From Tetramitus jugosus (taxonomy: Eukaryota; Protista; Heterolobosea): DNA of 64,000 bases. Of this stretch, positions 54,297 through 64,000 are shown one piece after another (the first letter of the stretch is position 1; the number at the start of each line of letters is the position of its first letter). The position numbers and the translations under genes are program-made. The DNA lies in contig OW569368.1 of the NCBI GenBank assembly GCA_937625935.1, positions 1 through 64,000 on the forward strand, written 5' to 3'. The notes under the pieces are model-generated. The model did no database searches, was not told where the DNA came from, and saw only the letters and a list, made by a program, of their open reading frames with translations.

Positions 54297-57200
54297 ATGA
54301 CCTCTATACCAACATTGATCAAAAAAGAATTGTCGTCCAACAACAATAACATTACCACAACAACCAACAATAATAATCACAATATGAATAATCACTCAAC
54401 AACAACAACAACAACAACATCTTCCAATACGACTCCTGGGACAATGATGAATCGATCCACTAAATCAACAACTCTCAGCAGTGGTAGTATTGTCTCTGCT
54501 CCACCACCTCCCATCAGAACAATGAACAATAATGCTCCAACCAAAAAAAAGACAATGTCAAGTGGTAGTGTCTTACCTCCAACAACAACAACAACAACAA
54601 CAGTTGCTCCTCCTCTAAAGAAGAACACAATGGCGAATCAAACAAGTGTCGGAGTCAATCATATGAACACTACTACTACTACTGCTACTACTACTAACAA
54701 TATAAAATCGATGAAACCATCGATCAACGGTAATACTCCTACCAACACCATGAAAGCATCATCATCATCATCATCACATCCAACAACCACTGGTAAAAAA
54801 GTATTACCGCCACCCATGATGATGAACAACAACAACAACAACAACAATAATTTATCAAGTTCGACAAACACCACTACTACTACTACTACTATTACACCTA
54901 GGCAACCACCACTACCATACAACAGTAGCAACACCACTATATCACCACCAATGGGAGCTTCCTCTTCTACCATGACTACTCTATCACAATTACCAATGGC
55001 CAAGAATGGAATTCTTCCACCAAAGCGCATGCCTCCTACCACTACCAGCACCACCAGTACCACCAGCACTACTTCCTCCCCTGCTAATACCACTGCTGTT
55101 AATACTGCACCTTTGTCTGTTGTTGCACCACCAAAGAGAAAAGCAATGATTGCACCTCCACCGACACCCAATATTAAATCAGGTGGCGGCGCAACAACCA
55201 CATTACCACCTACGGCATCAGGAGTCGTACCACCTCCATTATCATCAGCGTCATCATCATTATCATCATCAGTGGATCAACAACAACAACAACAACAGGA
55301 ACAACTCATGTATTTGCAAAATTTTCAATCCTATGCACATCAATATCCCTCTCTGCTCATGCTACAGCAGCAACAACAACAACAAGCTGCTGCTCACCAG
55401 GTACTCTATCAATATCAACAACAAGCATTATTAGCCAAACAACAACAACAACAGCAGCAACTGCAACAAAAAACAGGTTCTTCTCTAAAGACTGAATCAT
55501 CATCGTCAACAACACCTACTCCACCTCTATCTAATAGCAGCAGTAGTACAAGTGATGATTTTCAACATGGTGAAACAGCGGAACAGGCCACATCGAGTCG
55601 CAGTGCAACACCCACTACTTCTCTCACTCCAACACCTCCTACTCTTCCACCTTCTGCACAGTCATCCTCGACGACAGCAAATGTGAATCGAAACAAAAAG
55701 AGACCGAGGCAAGAAATGGAATCTTCGTCTTCTACCGTCTTGGCAGGAAACAGTTCAGTGACATCTCCCACTCCATCCATACACTATAGCAAGTTACCTC
55801 CTCCACCGATCCATCCAACCAAGATGATCAAAATGGAGCATTTGAAGCAGTCACCTGCTGCAACTGGTGTGGCGAGCCCTGCAGGAATTCTGCCACCTGT
55901 TACGCCGACACCCACAACACCTCTCTTAACACAGCAGACTGCTGCCATTACAAATTTGGACGATGCATTGAAACGCATTAGGGAACTGGAGGGTGAAGTG
56001 AAGAAATTGACGCAGAGTAATACCAATCTCATTGAACAAGTACAGCAGAAACAGAGTGCAATTCAACTCTTGTCACAACACAATATGACAATGATTGTTC
56101 AGATACAGCAAATGGCAGCAACAAGTCAGTACATTGCGGGTCAATCTGCTGCTGCAAGCTCTGTGACATCACCATCGATGAAACCAATGACACCATCTGC
56201 AGGAGGCACTCCATTGTCCCCCATCTTGTCAACGACCTATCATGACATGCAACCAAGCACACCACTGATACCTTCTACGCCAGGAGGTGTTCCAATGTCA
56301 CCTCAAAAGGGCATGAAGAAACCAATGAGAAAACTGGATGAAGTTGAAGCTGTTATTTATGTCGATAGTATTGATATGATTCAACCGGCAAACGTTGAAA
56401 ATGAATTGAAAAAATTCTTTGCAAAGGTGAACAATGGTGGAAAGAGAGGAATGCAAGCGGTACATGCAGGAGATGGATTGGAAACAGTGGCAAGAGCTGT
56501 TGTTGTTGCATTGAAGCAAGTGGATCGATTGCGTGATAAGGCAGTGTACGAAGGACAACACAATGATGAGCGGTGTTCATTCTGTATCAACTTGTGCCTT
56601 CAATTGTTGCAAGCAATTACGAGAGCAATCTGTACTGGAATGTTAACTCTGTTGGACTCGGCCATCTCTCAGCTCATGGACGGAACAAGAAGCAGTTATG
56701 CAATCGAGTGGGCTGATAAGTTGGAAACATCGTGGAAGTCCATTTTTGATTTGATATTTGTTGATTCAGAACAGACATCGTACACGGCACTGGGCAGTTT
56801 TCTGGACTTTGAACTGTGTCAGAGTTGCTTGGAGGAGTTGCAGGCATTTGGTAAATCTCTTTCGTATTTCAAGATGGAGCACATGTCAAGAATGTTTAGA
56901 GTAATGTTCACCTATATGAAGAAGAATCACGACAAGGCATGGTACTTGCAATTCTGTCTCAAGATTAAGTACTACAAGGAGTATTGTGCACGAATGACAA
57001 AGGACCATCGATACAAGGAGTGTCTCGAAGTTATTTTGGATCAAATATTTGCGAATACAGTGCGAACGGGGTCTTATGCCGATGAAGACAAGACATATAT
57101 TATCGAATATGCAGTCGAATGCTTGAGACATATTATCAGAGATGACATTGAAGCACAGAGTATGGCAATGGACGCAGGCGATATTATTCCACCTGCTCTC

Positions 57201-58157
57201 TACTCACAAATGATTGAGAGAATCATGGCCACTTGTGTCAATGTGACACCTAGGATCATGTTCCCCAGAGAACTGGTTCCGCTGTTGATTTTCTTGCTTG
57301 AACTATTCCCGTCGTCTGAAGCATTTTCTATGGGTGGAGACACGGGACAAGACATTCGTCATTTAACATTTATCGCGGATCTATTATTTATTATTGTACG
57401 AAATATCGTCGAGTTGGATGACTATGACGAGACGATCGATAGTGTAAAGAGCGTAGGAAGAAGAATTGTGTTAGAATGTACTCATTCTCTGCTGGAGAAG
57501 CTGATACAGGTGAAGCAGAGTCCAGTGCAATCTAGACTCAAGGAAATTATCGAGTACGATGTCATCTTTAAGAAGAGTATTGCTCAGATTTGTGAAAAGG
57601 CAATTTGGATACCGATTCACCTGGAAGAGAAGGACAATAGTTGGAAATCTATTCACGATTGTCATGAAACGCTTCAGGTGCGACAGGACGATCACAGCGA
57701 ACCTCTCAGAAATACAATCTTGCAACTACTGAGACACATCATACCTACTGTTTCAGATTATTTGAGTCGAATGATGCAGCACCTGTCTGTTGCACTCGAA
57801 TTCAAGATTGAAAATCGAAACAATAACAGTTATGATGTGTTCTTTGCTGAAATGAAAGCAATTGGTAATCATTACTTTAGAAGTGGAAGAGAGAAGCAAT
57901 GGGATGAACTATTGAACAAAATCTTCCTTATTCATTCAAGAAAGGTCAAATTGAAGAAAATGTTGAAACGGTGGAATGCTGAGCAATCACTCAACAGAAT
58001 ATCGACACCGTGGTACGAAGACTTGATCGAAGACGAAGGAGTCTATGGTCACGAGGAAGATGAGATGGAGGATGACTATGGAGAGGCAGAGGAGGACGAG
58101 GACGAAGAAGAAGATGATGAAATGACCTTGGACAATGAATATCACAATAGTCCTTAA
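54297..58157 (+). CDS. Large protein with low-complexity T/P/Q N-half, coiled coil and helical C-terminal domain
   Basis: Intact ~1290-aa ORF. Confidence 0.8.
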   Translation: MTSIPTLIKKELSSNNNNITTTTNNNNHNMNNHSTTTTTTTSSNTTPGTMMNRSTKSTTLSSGSIVSAPPPPIRTMNNNAPTKKKTMSSGSVLPPTTTTTTTVAPPLKKNTMANQTSVGVNHMNTTTTTATTTNNIKSMKPSINGNTPTNTMKASSSSSSHPTTTGKKVLPPPMMMNNNNNNNNNLSSSTNTTTTTTTITPRQPPLPYNSSNTTISPPMGASSSTMTTLSQLPMAKNGILPPKRMPPTTTSTTSTTSTTSSPANTTAVNTAPLSVVAPPKRKAMIAPPPTPNIKSGGGATTTLPPTASGVVPPPLSSASSSLSSSVDQQQQQQQEQLMYLQNFQSYAHQYPSLLMLQQQQQQQAAAHQVLYQYQQQALLAKQQQQQQQLQQKTGSSLKTESSSSTTPTPPLSNSSSSTSDDFQHGETAEQATSSRSATPTTSLTPTPPTLPPSAQSSSTTANVNRNKKRPRQEMESSSSTVLAGNSSVTSPTPSIHYSKLPPPPIHPTKMIKMEHLKQSPAATGVASPAGILPPVTPTPTTPLLTQQTAAITNLDDALKRIRELEGEVKKLTQSNTNLIEQVQQKQSAIQLLSQHNMTMIVQIQQMAATSQYIAGQSAAASSVTSPSMKPMTPSAGGTPLSPILSTTYHDMQPSTPLIPSTPGGVPMSPQKGMKKPMRKLDEVEAVIYVDSIDMIQPANVENELKKFFAKVNNGGKRGMQAVHAGDGLETVARAVVVALKQVDRLRDKAVYEGQHNDERCSFCINLCLQLLQAITRAICTGMLTLLDSAISQLMDGTRSSYAIEWADKLETSWKSIFDLIFVDSEQTSYTALGSFLDFELCQSCLEELQAFGKSLSYFKMEHMSRMFRVMFTYMKKNHDKAWYLQFCLKIKYYKEYCARMTKDHRYKECLEVILDQIFANTVRTGSYADEDKTYIIEYAVECLRHIIRDDIEAQSMAMDAGDIIPPALYSQMIERIMATCVNVTPRIMFPRELVPLLIFLLELFPSSEAFSMGGDTGQDIRHLTFIADLLFIIVRNIVELDDYDETIDSVKSVGRRIVLECTHSLLEKLIQVKQSPVQSRLKEIIEYDVIFKKSIAQICEKAIWIPIHLEEKDNSWKSIHDCHETLQVRQDDHSEPLRNTILQLLRHIIPTVSDYLSRMMQHLSVALEFKIENRNNNSYDVFFAEMKAIGNHYFRSGREKQWDELLNKIFLIHSRKVKLKKMLKRWNAEQSLNRISTPWYEDLIEDEGVYGHEEDEMEDDYGEAEEDEDEEEDDEMTLDNEYHNSP

Positions 58158-58244
58158 CAAGGAGGTCTCCTACGAATTATCATGTGATAAATTGATCGAT
58201 TGCACTTGTCACTCATCAGAGAACAGTGGTGCTCGTCATGTTGT

Positions 58245-59624
58245 TTATTGTTCACTGATGGAACGCTTGTCACTCTCTGCACTCTGCTGTCGCTGTTGTT
58301 GGTAACTTGTCAAAAATGCAGTCAACAAACTATTCATGTCAACTGGGCTAATGACCTTTTCACCAACGGACACATCGTTTAGAATGTAACCTATTGATTT
58401 TTTGCTAACTGGCTTTGGTAAGACAATTTTTGCCTTGGGATTCCATCGACCAGTAAAACCCAACTCATAAAACCTTCTGTAGACACTCGAACACAATCCC
58501 AACCATCAGTAAATGTGTTAATTTAATAAATTATTGAAAGAATAGATGCAACAAAAAGTTAATTTGCAAAAAAACACACACCGTTTCAAAGTACTCAAAC
58601 TGACTCCAAGTTGTACAGCTGCCTCTGGTTGAGGCAGATGAAGATGTCTCACAATGTCTTCTTCACTCAGTGCTATACGTTTTCCTCCTCTCTTCCATTC
58701 CGTTTTTTGTCCACCACCTCCAGACACCAAGTCACTCGGGTCGCTTGGTCCCCCACTGAGAGAAGCAGAGAATGAAGTTCTTGTTGCGAAATCTTGGATA
58801 TGCAGGGTAAAGTGCTGCTTTTTGGGCGGTTGAGCTTGATGTTGCACAGTAGTGCTGGCAGCTGAGGATGATGATGATGATGAGGAAGCCGATGACGAAG
58901 AGTGTGTGCCGTGATTGTATTGCGAGAACTGCATTTGGTAACTTTGTTGCTGTAGTGAGTAGGGGTTTAAAATCTCCTCCTCTCTTAATGGAGTTCGAAG
59001 AGGAGAAATAATCCTTGCTGGGGAAAGAGCCGGTAAAACTTTGCCGCTCTTGGTGCTTCCAAAACTGTGGTTGCGATTCGGCGGAGTTCCTGTATGGGCA
59101 GGTGCCACAGGGGATATCCGTAGATGGCTTTGTGGCGGCAGCGGACGGATAATTGAGGCCACTTGGTTTGTTGCCTCGTTAGTGGTGTTTTGATTCCTGA
59201 TGTCGTTGATTTGCTGGTGATGCGAATGAAGATGTGAGTGAGATCGAAAGTGATGACATTGTTCCTCACTGTTATTATTGTCGTGGGAGTAGTAGTTGCC
59301 GTGCTGACTCTCCTTTTGGTTGCCTTCTTCCTCCTCATCTTTATCATGAGAACAACCACTCCTGCTGCTGCTGCTGCTACCACTACTGCTCAAAATTTGA
59401 TTGTTGCTTAAATGTTCATGACGGTGATAATGATAATAATGATGATCAGTCGTAGTAGTAGTAGAAGGTGGAGCTCGTGCCATCATTGTGTTTTGTGATG
59501 ATGGTGGCACTAGGAGTTGGGGTGGTGGGGGAGGAGAAGATGGATGGGTAGAGTCCCTCTTGCTAGCCTTGTTCTTCTTCCTCTTCTTACTATTGTTGGT
59601 GGTGTTGGTGTTGTTCTCCATCAT
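58245..59624 (-). CDS. RWP-RK family transcription factor; intron 58477-58581
   Basis: Spliced HLHLPQPEAAVQLGVSLSTLKRRFYELGFTGRW. Confidence 0.85.
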
Positions 59625-60385
59625 CGAGGATGATCATTGAAGGCTGGATTGATGTTGTGTAATGTGAACTGTTGATTGCCTCCTTTAGAATGTAGTAGTG
59701 TTGTTACTGTTGTTTGTAGTCGATGGTGATAGTGTTTGGTGTTAGTTTTTGGTATAGAGACGAAACAAATTGTCACCAAGCGCAAAATTGTAATTACCTC
59801 TCTTGTCACAGCAAGAAATTGTGTGCGCGTGTTTGTTAAATATTGTTCACCACCACTGGTGGTTGTAGAGATAGAGAGATCTGCTCGGAGAGGGCACACA
59901 CTCAATTTACAATTTCGCTTGCCTGCTTGTATTTGAGGCTGCTATCCGCGTTGTGTTGATTACTGATAGCTCGAATGTGGAGCGCGCTTGGGAGAAGTGG
60001 TAGCGTTTTTGATTATTGGGGAGAAAGAGCTCACAGAGTGTTATGTTCGAGGATGGTCAGTCTCTTGTAGGACCTTGTTGTTTTTAGGAAAGTTCTAGCC
60101 ATTTGGGAATGTGAAAGGCAAAAATTTGTGTCCATTTGTGGTCATTTGTCGGGTCCAAAAAGGGAAATTTGGGCCCAAGAAACTCGAGTTGGGCGCGCGA
60201 CGTGTCGAACGGGCTTATTCGAGTAGCGAGTTGTTTGGCTTGATTAGAAAAACATATCAAAAGGAGAGTGATGGTGAGCCTTACTTGTATACCGTACCTC
60301 GTTGCTCAATATTCTACAAATTCGTTCAAATGTTTGATCCACGGATCACACTGCACTGGCGAGGGCTTGTTCTTCAATGTCAAGT

Positions 60386-61666
60386 TTATTGAATGGAGGC
60401 AACAGCCTTTGAGGCAGCATCGTCCAAGTCAACAGCTGTCGTAACAGCAATTCCACTCTCTTGCAAGAGCTTGACTCCTTGTTCGACATTGGTTCCCTCG
60501 AGACGAACAACAAGAGGAACCTTCAATTGGACCTCCTTTGCAGCTTCAATAATACCCTTGGCAATCGTATCACATCTCATGATACCACCAAAAATGTTGA
60601 CCAAGATGGCCTTGACATTCTTATCACTGGTCAGAATAGTGAATGCTTGCTTCACTTGTTCAGTCGTGGCACCACCACCCACATCCAAAAAATTGGCAGG
60701 TGCTCCACCGTGGAACTTGATAATGTCCATGGTTGCCATGGCCAAACCAGCACCATTGACCATACAGCCAATGTTACCATCGAGACCAACATAGTTGAGT
60801 CCAAACTTGGAAGCTTCAACTTCTCTTGGATCTTCCTCACTAAAGTCTCTCATTTCGAAAATTTCCCTTCGTCTAAACTCGGCATTGTCATCAAAGTTGA
60901 TCTTTGCGTCGACACAAACAACATCGCCAGTGTTGGTCTGAACAAGTGGATTAATCTCCACTTGTGTGGCATCAGTGCTGGCAAACAAGTCATACAGATT
61001 GAAGAACAATTGAACAGCCTTCTTTGCCGTTTCACCTTGGAAGCCAAGCTTCTCAGCCAACTCGTTAAACTTTTGCTCAGATGGTCCCTGTGCAATGTCG
61101 ATGGGCAGTTTATGAATCTTTTCTGGCATTTGCTCGGCAACGGCCTCAATGTCCATACCACCTTCAGTCGATGCAACCAACACTGGTCCATCACACTGTC
61201 TGTCCAACAATATGGCCAAATATAGTTCTCTCTCAAAGTCCAAGCACTCTGCAATATAAATCTTTTGAACCTTGATGCCTTCCTTTGGTGTTTGCTTTGT
61301 AGTCAAAAAATTACCAAGCATATTCTTTGCAGCTTCTTCTGCATCGGCTACATTCTTTGAAAATTTGACACCACCCTTGTATCCAGTGTCGAAAACACCC
61401 TTGCCTCTGCCACCGGCCAAGATTTGACTCTTGACAATCAAGTTTTGAGAATTGTATTGTTTTTGAACCTTTTCAGCTGCGCCTCTCACACTCTCCAAGT
61501 CTTCCACGACGATACCTCTCTGATGAGGAACGTTGAATTGACCAAGGAGCATCTTAGCTTGGTATTCATGAATGTTCAAGAATCTCTTTTGTTGTTGTCT
61601 TAGTGATTGAACATGATTGGAGCAACGAGCAAAGTTGCTGTTTTGAGAGACAATCTTGCGAATCAT
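60386..61666 (-). CDS. sucC: Succinyl-CoA synthetase beta subunit, mitochondrial
   Basis: Presequence followed by RFLNIHEYQ, LAGGRGKG, GCMVNGAGLAMATMD, NFLDVGGG. Confidence 0.97.
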   Translation of the reverse strand: MIRKIVSQNSNFARCSNHVQSLRQQQKRFLNIHEYQAKMLLGQFNVPHQRGIVVEDLESVRGAAEKVQKQYNSQNLIVKSQILAGGRGKGVFDTGYKGGVKFSKNVADAEEAAKNMLGNFLTTKQTPKEGIKVQKIYIAECLDFERELYLAILLDRQCDGPVLVASTEGGMDIEAVAEQMPEKIHKLPIDIAQGPSEQKFNELAEKLGFQGETAKKAVQLFFNLYDLFASTDATQVEINPLVQTNTGDVVCVDAKINFDDNAEFRRREIFEMRDFSEEDPREVEASKFGLNYVGLDGNIGCMVNGAGLAMATMDIIKFHGGAPANFLDVGGGATTEQVKQAFTILTSDKNVKAILVNIFGGIMRCDTIAKGIIEAAKEVQLKVPLVVRLEGTNVEQGVKLLQESGIAVTTAVDLDDAASKAVASIQ

Positions 61667-61952
61667 TGTTGATGTGTGCGTGTGGTTGTGGGTGATAATG
61701 GTGATAATTTCGTTTTTTATTATCAAATTTTGATGGGTAAACAAGAAGTGGATCGTGAAAAAAGGTTTTCTCCGCTCTTCGTGTTTTTACAACAACAAAA
61801 ACGCGCGGACCGCACTACGACCGCACTCTGTCACAAGAAGTCACAATGAGCGATGAAACAAGTTCTTTTATTCATAATTTAGTTAATTGTTGGGCTTGCC
61901 CCCACCAAAGAATATGTTTCATTTGGTACTGTTCCATTATCACAGCACAGTA

Positions 61953-62519
61953 TTAGTGTTCCAATCTGGCACTAAGAATCTTGGCTTCACGACCAATGGA
62001 AAGAACATGGACCAACACAGTGGAATTTCTGTCCTTGGTATAACCTGCGATTCTGGAAAGAATTTCATCATCTTCTACCTCAAAGTTCTCCCACTGTTCA
62101 CAAGTCTCAAGGCTCATCAACTCGAGGTATCTGTCCTCGCGGTGCAAGACTTGGTACTCCTCTCTGATCACATCAGGACAGGACACTCTCTCTTGACTTG
62201 AGAAAATGACCTCAATCTTCTTGCCAGTGAAGACATCGACTCCAACGACCAAATACTTTGCCTTACCATGCTTTCCAGGCTTTGATTTGATCTTGTCAAC
62301 AATCTTGCACGGACGGTCCTTCAAAAAGATGAATTGACCCAATCCCAAGTTGTTGATACACTTGAAGGATTGGTCACCACCTTTTTGTTCATAATTCTCA
62401 TCGTCATCAGAGAAGTTATCTCTGGCATGCGAATTATTCATGAAGGTTTCGATTGCTTCAACAAAAACTTCTTCTTGTTGAGACAGTTCTTTTGATCCTG
62501 AGTTTTGAGGAGTGGCCAT
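61953..62519 (-). CDS. eIF5A: Translation factor eIF5A (divergent)
   Basis: RPCKIVD..SKPGKHGKAK..VGVDVFTGKK. Confidence 0.9.
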   Translation of the reverse strand: MATPQNSGSKELSQQEEVFVEAIETFMNNSHARDNFSDDDENYEQKGGDQSFKCINNLGLGQFIFLKDRPCKIVDKIKSKPGKHGKAKYLVVGVDVFTGKKIEVIFSSQERVSCPDVIREEYQVLHREDRYLELMSLETCEQWENFEVEDDEILSRIAGYTKDRNSTVLVHVLSIGREAKILSARLEH

Positions 62520-62944
62520 TTGGAACAGTTACTTTGATGGGTTCTTACTTTCTTTTCAATTACTATTTGCATACACCAAGGGTTTGGTTGCTCTAAAATT
62601 CTATCTATCTTGTACTGGAGCACTGGTTGAGTTCTTGTTGTTCAAAACGAGTGCCTCTTATTATAGCTTTATGATAAATAGAGGTGTTATTTACTATTGG
62701 TTGTGTTGTTAGAAAGGTTGTTAGGTCAACTTCGGCCAGCCTTTTAAACCATTCTGACAGGTTGACAACTCTGGGTGCAACTTGGTGCATGCACTGAGCG
62801 AGTGCAAGATGAAAAACGCACTCGTGTCCCAATATAGCAAGCAGATAACGAATGTAGTGAACCGTAGTAGTTTAAAAGAAAGATCCAAGGACAAATCAAA
62901 GAACAACTCACAAGAGATCCACTTGGAAATTTCGGATTGATTTC

Positions 62945-63040
62945 TGCCTCCGCAGGCCTCGATTCTCTGAATGAATCTTGAAGAAATTCAAAACCAGATC
63001 AAATCGAAATCTCATTCAGAGAATTGAGGCTCAGCGGGCA
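62945..63040 (+). other. Long inverted-repeat hairpin (candidate structured RNA)
   Basis: gcctcgattctctgaatga (62956-62974) pairs with tcattcagagaattgaggc (63012-63030): 18 Watson-Crick pairs plus 1 G-U. Confidence 0.5.
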
Positions 63041-64000
63041 TTGAGGGTAACTCTCATTGAAGTTCCAAAAGAGCTAGTCTCCCGAGATACTTCTGGTCAG
63101 TGAGTAGCCGTGTATTCTCTAACTCTCAGTGATCTTCTCTGGGCTATGGAGTCAACTTAAGACTTTGCAAGGACACTCACCGCACAAATCCATCACCTTT
63201 CTCCAATTATTTGAGACCTTTAGCGACAGATTACCTACGACGCATGATCTCAATGCGAAACGGCAACTTCGGAGATTTGATAGCACAAGAAAATTCCTCC
63301 CAAATGATATTTTTAATTGACCGATGAATCAAATTGCAAGATTCTTTTGGTGCGACAGACAGAGTCTCTCGTCATCTAATTCATTGAGCCATTGGAATCA
63401 CGCGAGATACATTATTCGCAGAAACAACGACACAACAAAAACAAAAGATATTCGAAAGGCTCCTTGTTCAAAAACGTTCTCTCTTGCACCTATTCTTCCA
63501 ACTCAACTAAAAGCTTAAGCTTAAAATCATACCGTGATCCGCGCACTTGTTAAGCTCAAATATTTCCTGTTCAGTTTCAAACATCTGATTTGTTTCGTTT
63601 GAAGAATATATACTCAACATTAGAGAGACACCTTTTTAAACAACAACAACAACAAAAATGGACAAGGTTTATGCCTCAAACTTTGATAAGGCTTGGCCTC
63701 TATCAAGACTCTTCTTCTCGTAAGTTTTTTTATTTCTTCTCTGGCTTAGCACAAAAAATTTATTGCGCAAAAGCTTTTTTCATGCCATGTGCGTAGCTTG
63801 GGCCCACCAACAGTTGAGCTAACAATCACAACAATAGATGGCTAGATAAAGTTGCTTTCAAGAGCAAGTTTAGACAACTAAAGACGAGTGATCTCTCATT
63901 CGAAAAACAAGACTCTGCTTCTGTTGCGAGTCGCAAATTTCTCACTCAATGGCAAAAGGAACTCGGTAGCAGCTGTCGACCTTCACTCACATGGACACTT

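Noticed and set aside
60461-61225. 254-aa plus-strand ORF (and the similar 43033-43482 and 8676-9233 ORFs)
   Set aside because: Antisense shadows of SCS-beta, RPL27 and the adhesin, with no independent motifs.
1-64000. CRISPR arrays, rRNA and tRNA genes
   Set aside because: No repeat-spacer array, rRNA-like tract or tRNA cloverleaf was recognised by eye. A tRNAscan-SE/Infernal run would be needed to exclude them fully.

Overview
Left end of a linear eukaryotic (protist) chromosome. Positions 1-857 are a perfect (CCCAAA)n telomere, i.e. (TTTGGG)n on the G strand. The next ~23 kb is a subtelomeric compartment with no introns that I could detect. It holds pseudogenes (SET domain, eEF2, Hsp70, a collagen-like protein, a trypsin-like protease), local duplications carrying many deletions, and secreted or surface genes, some of bacterial type. 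From ~24 kb inward is a compact core with short GT-AG introns and low-complexity Q/N/T/S tracts: RUN-domain protein, DUF547-RGS, RNA ligase-kinase, ARL GTPase, SPT2, YbaB/EbfC, RPL27, DUF4392, RWDD1, RWP-RK factor, succinyl-CoA synthetase beta and eIF5A. The genetic code is standard. Telomere type, intron style and gene content suggest a heterolobosean (Naegleria-like) amoeboflagellate; this is inference only. The best leads are: (1) an RNA ligase + polynucleotide-kinase-like fusion; (2) a 193-bp locally copied insertion in an RGS exon that could be spliced as a new intron; (3) a bacterial YbaB/EbfC gene in an organism with no sign of a plastid here; (4) a strongly folded RPL27 intron; (5) an orphan hairpin region near 63 kb. 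All domain calls come from motif recognition by eye, not from database searches.
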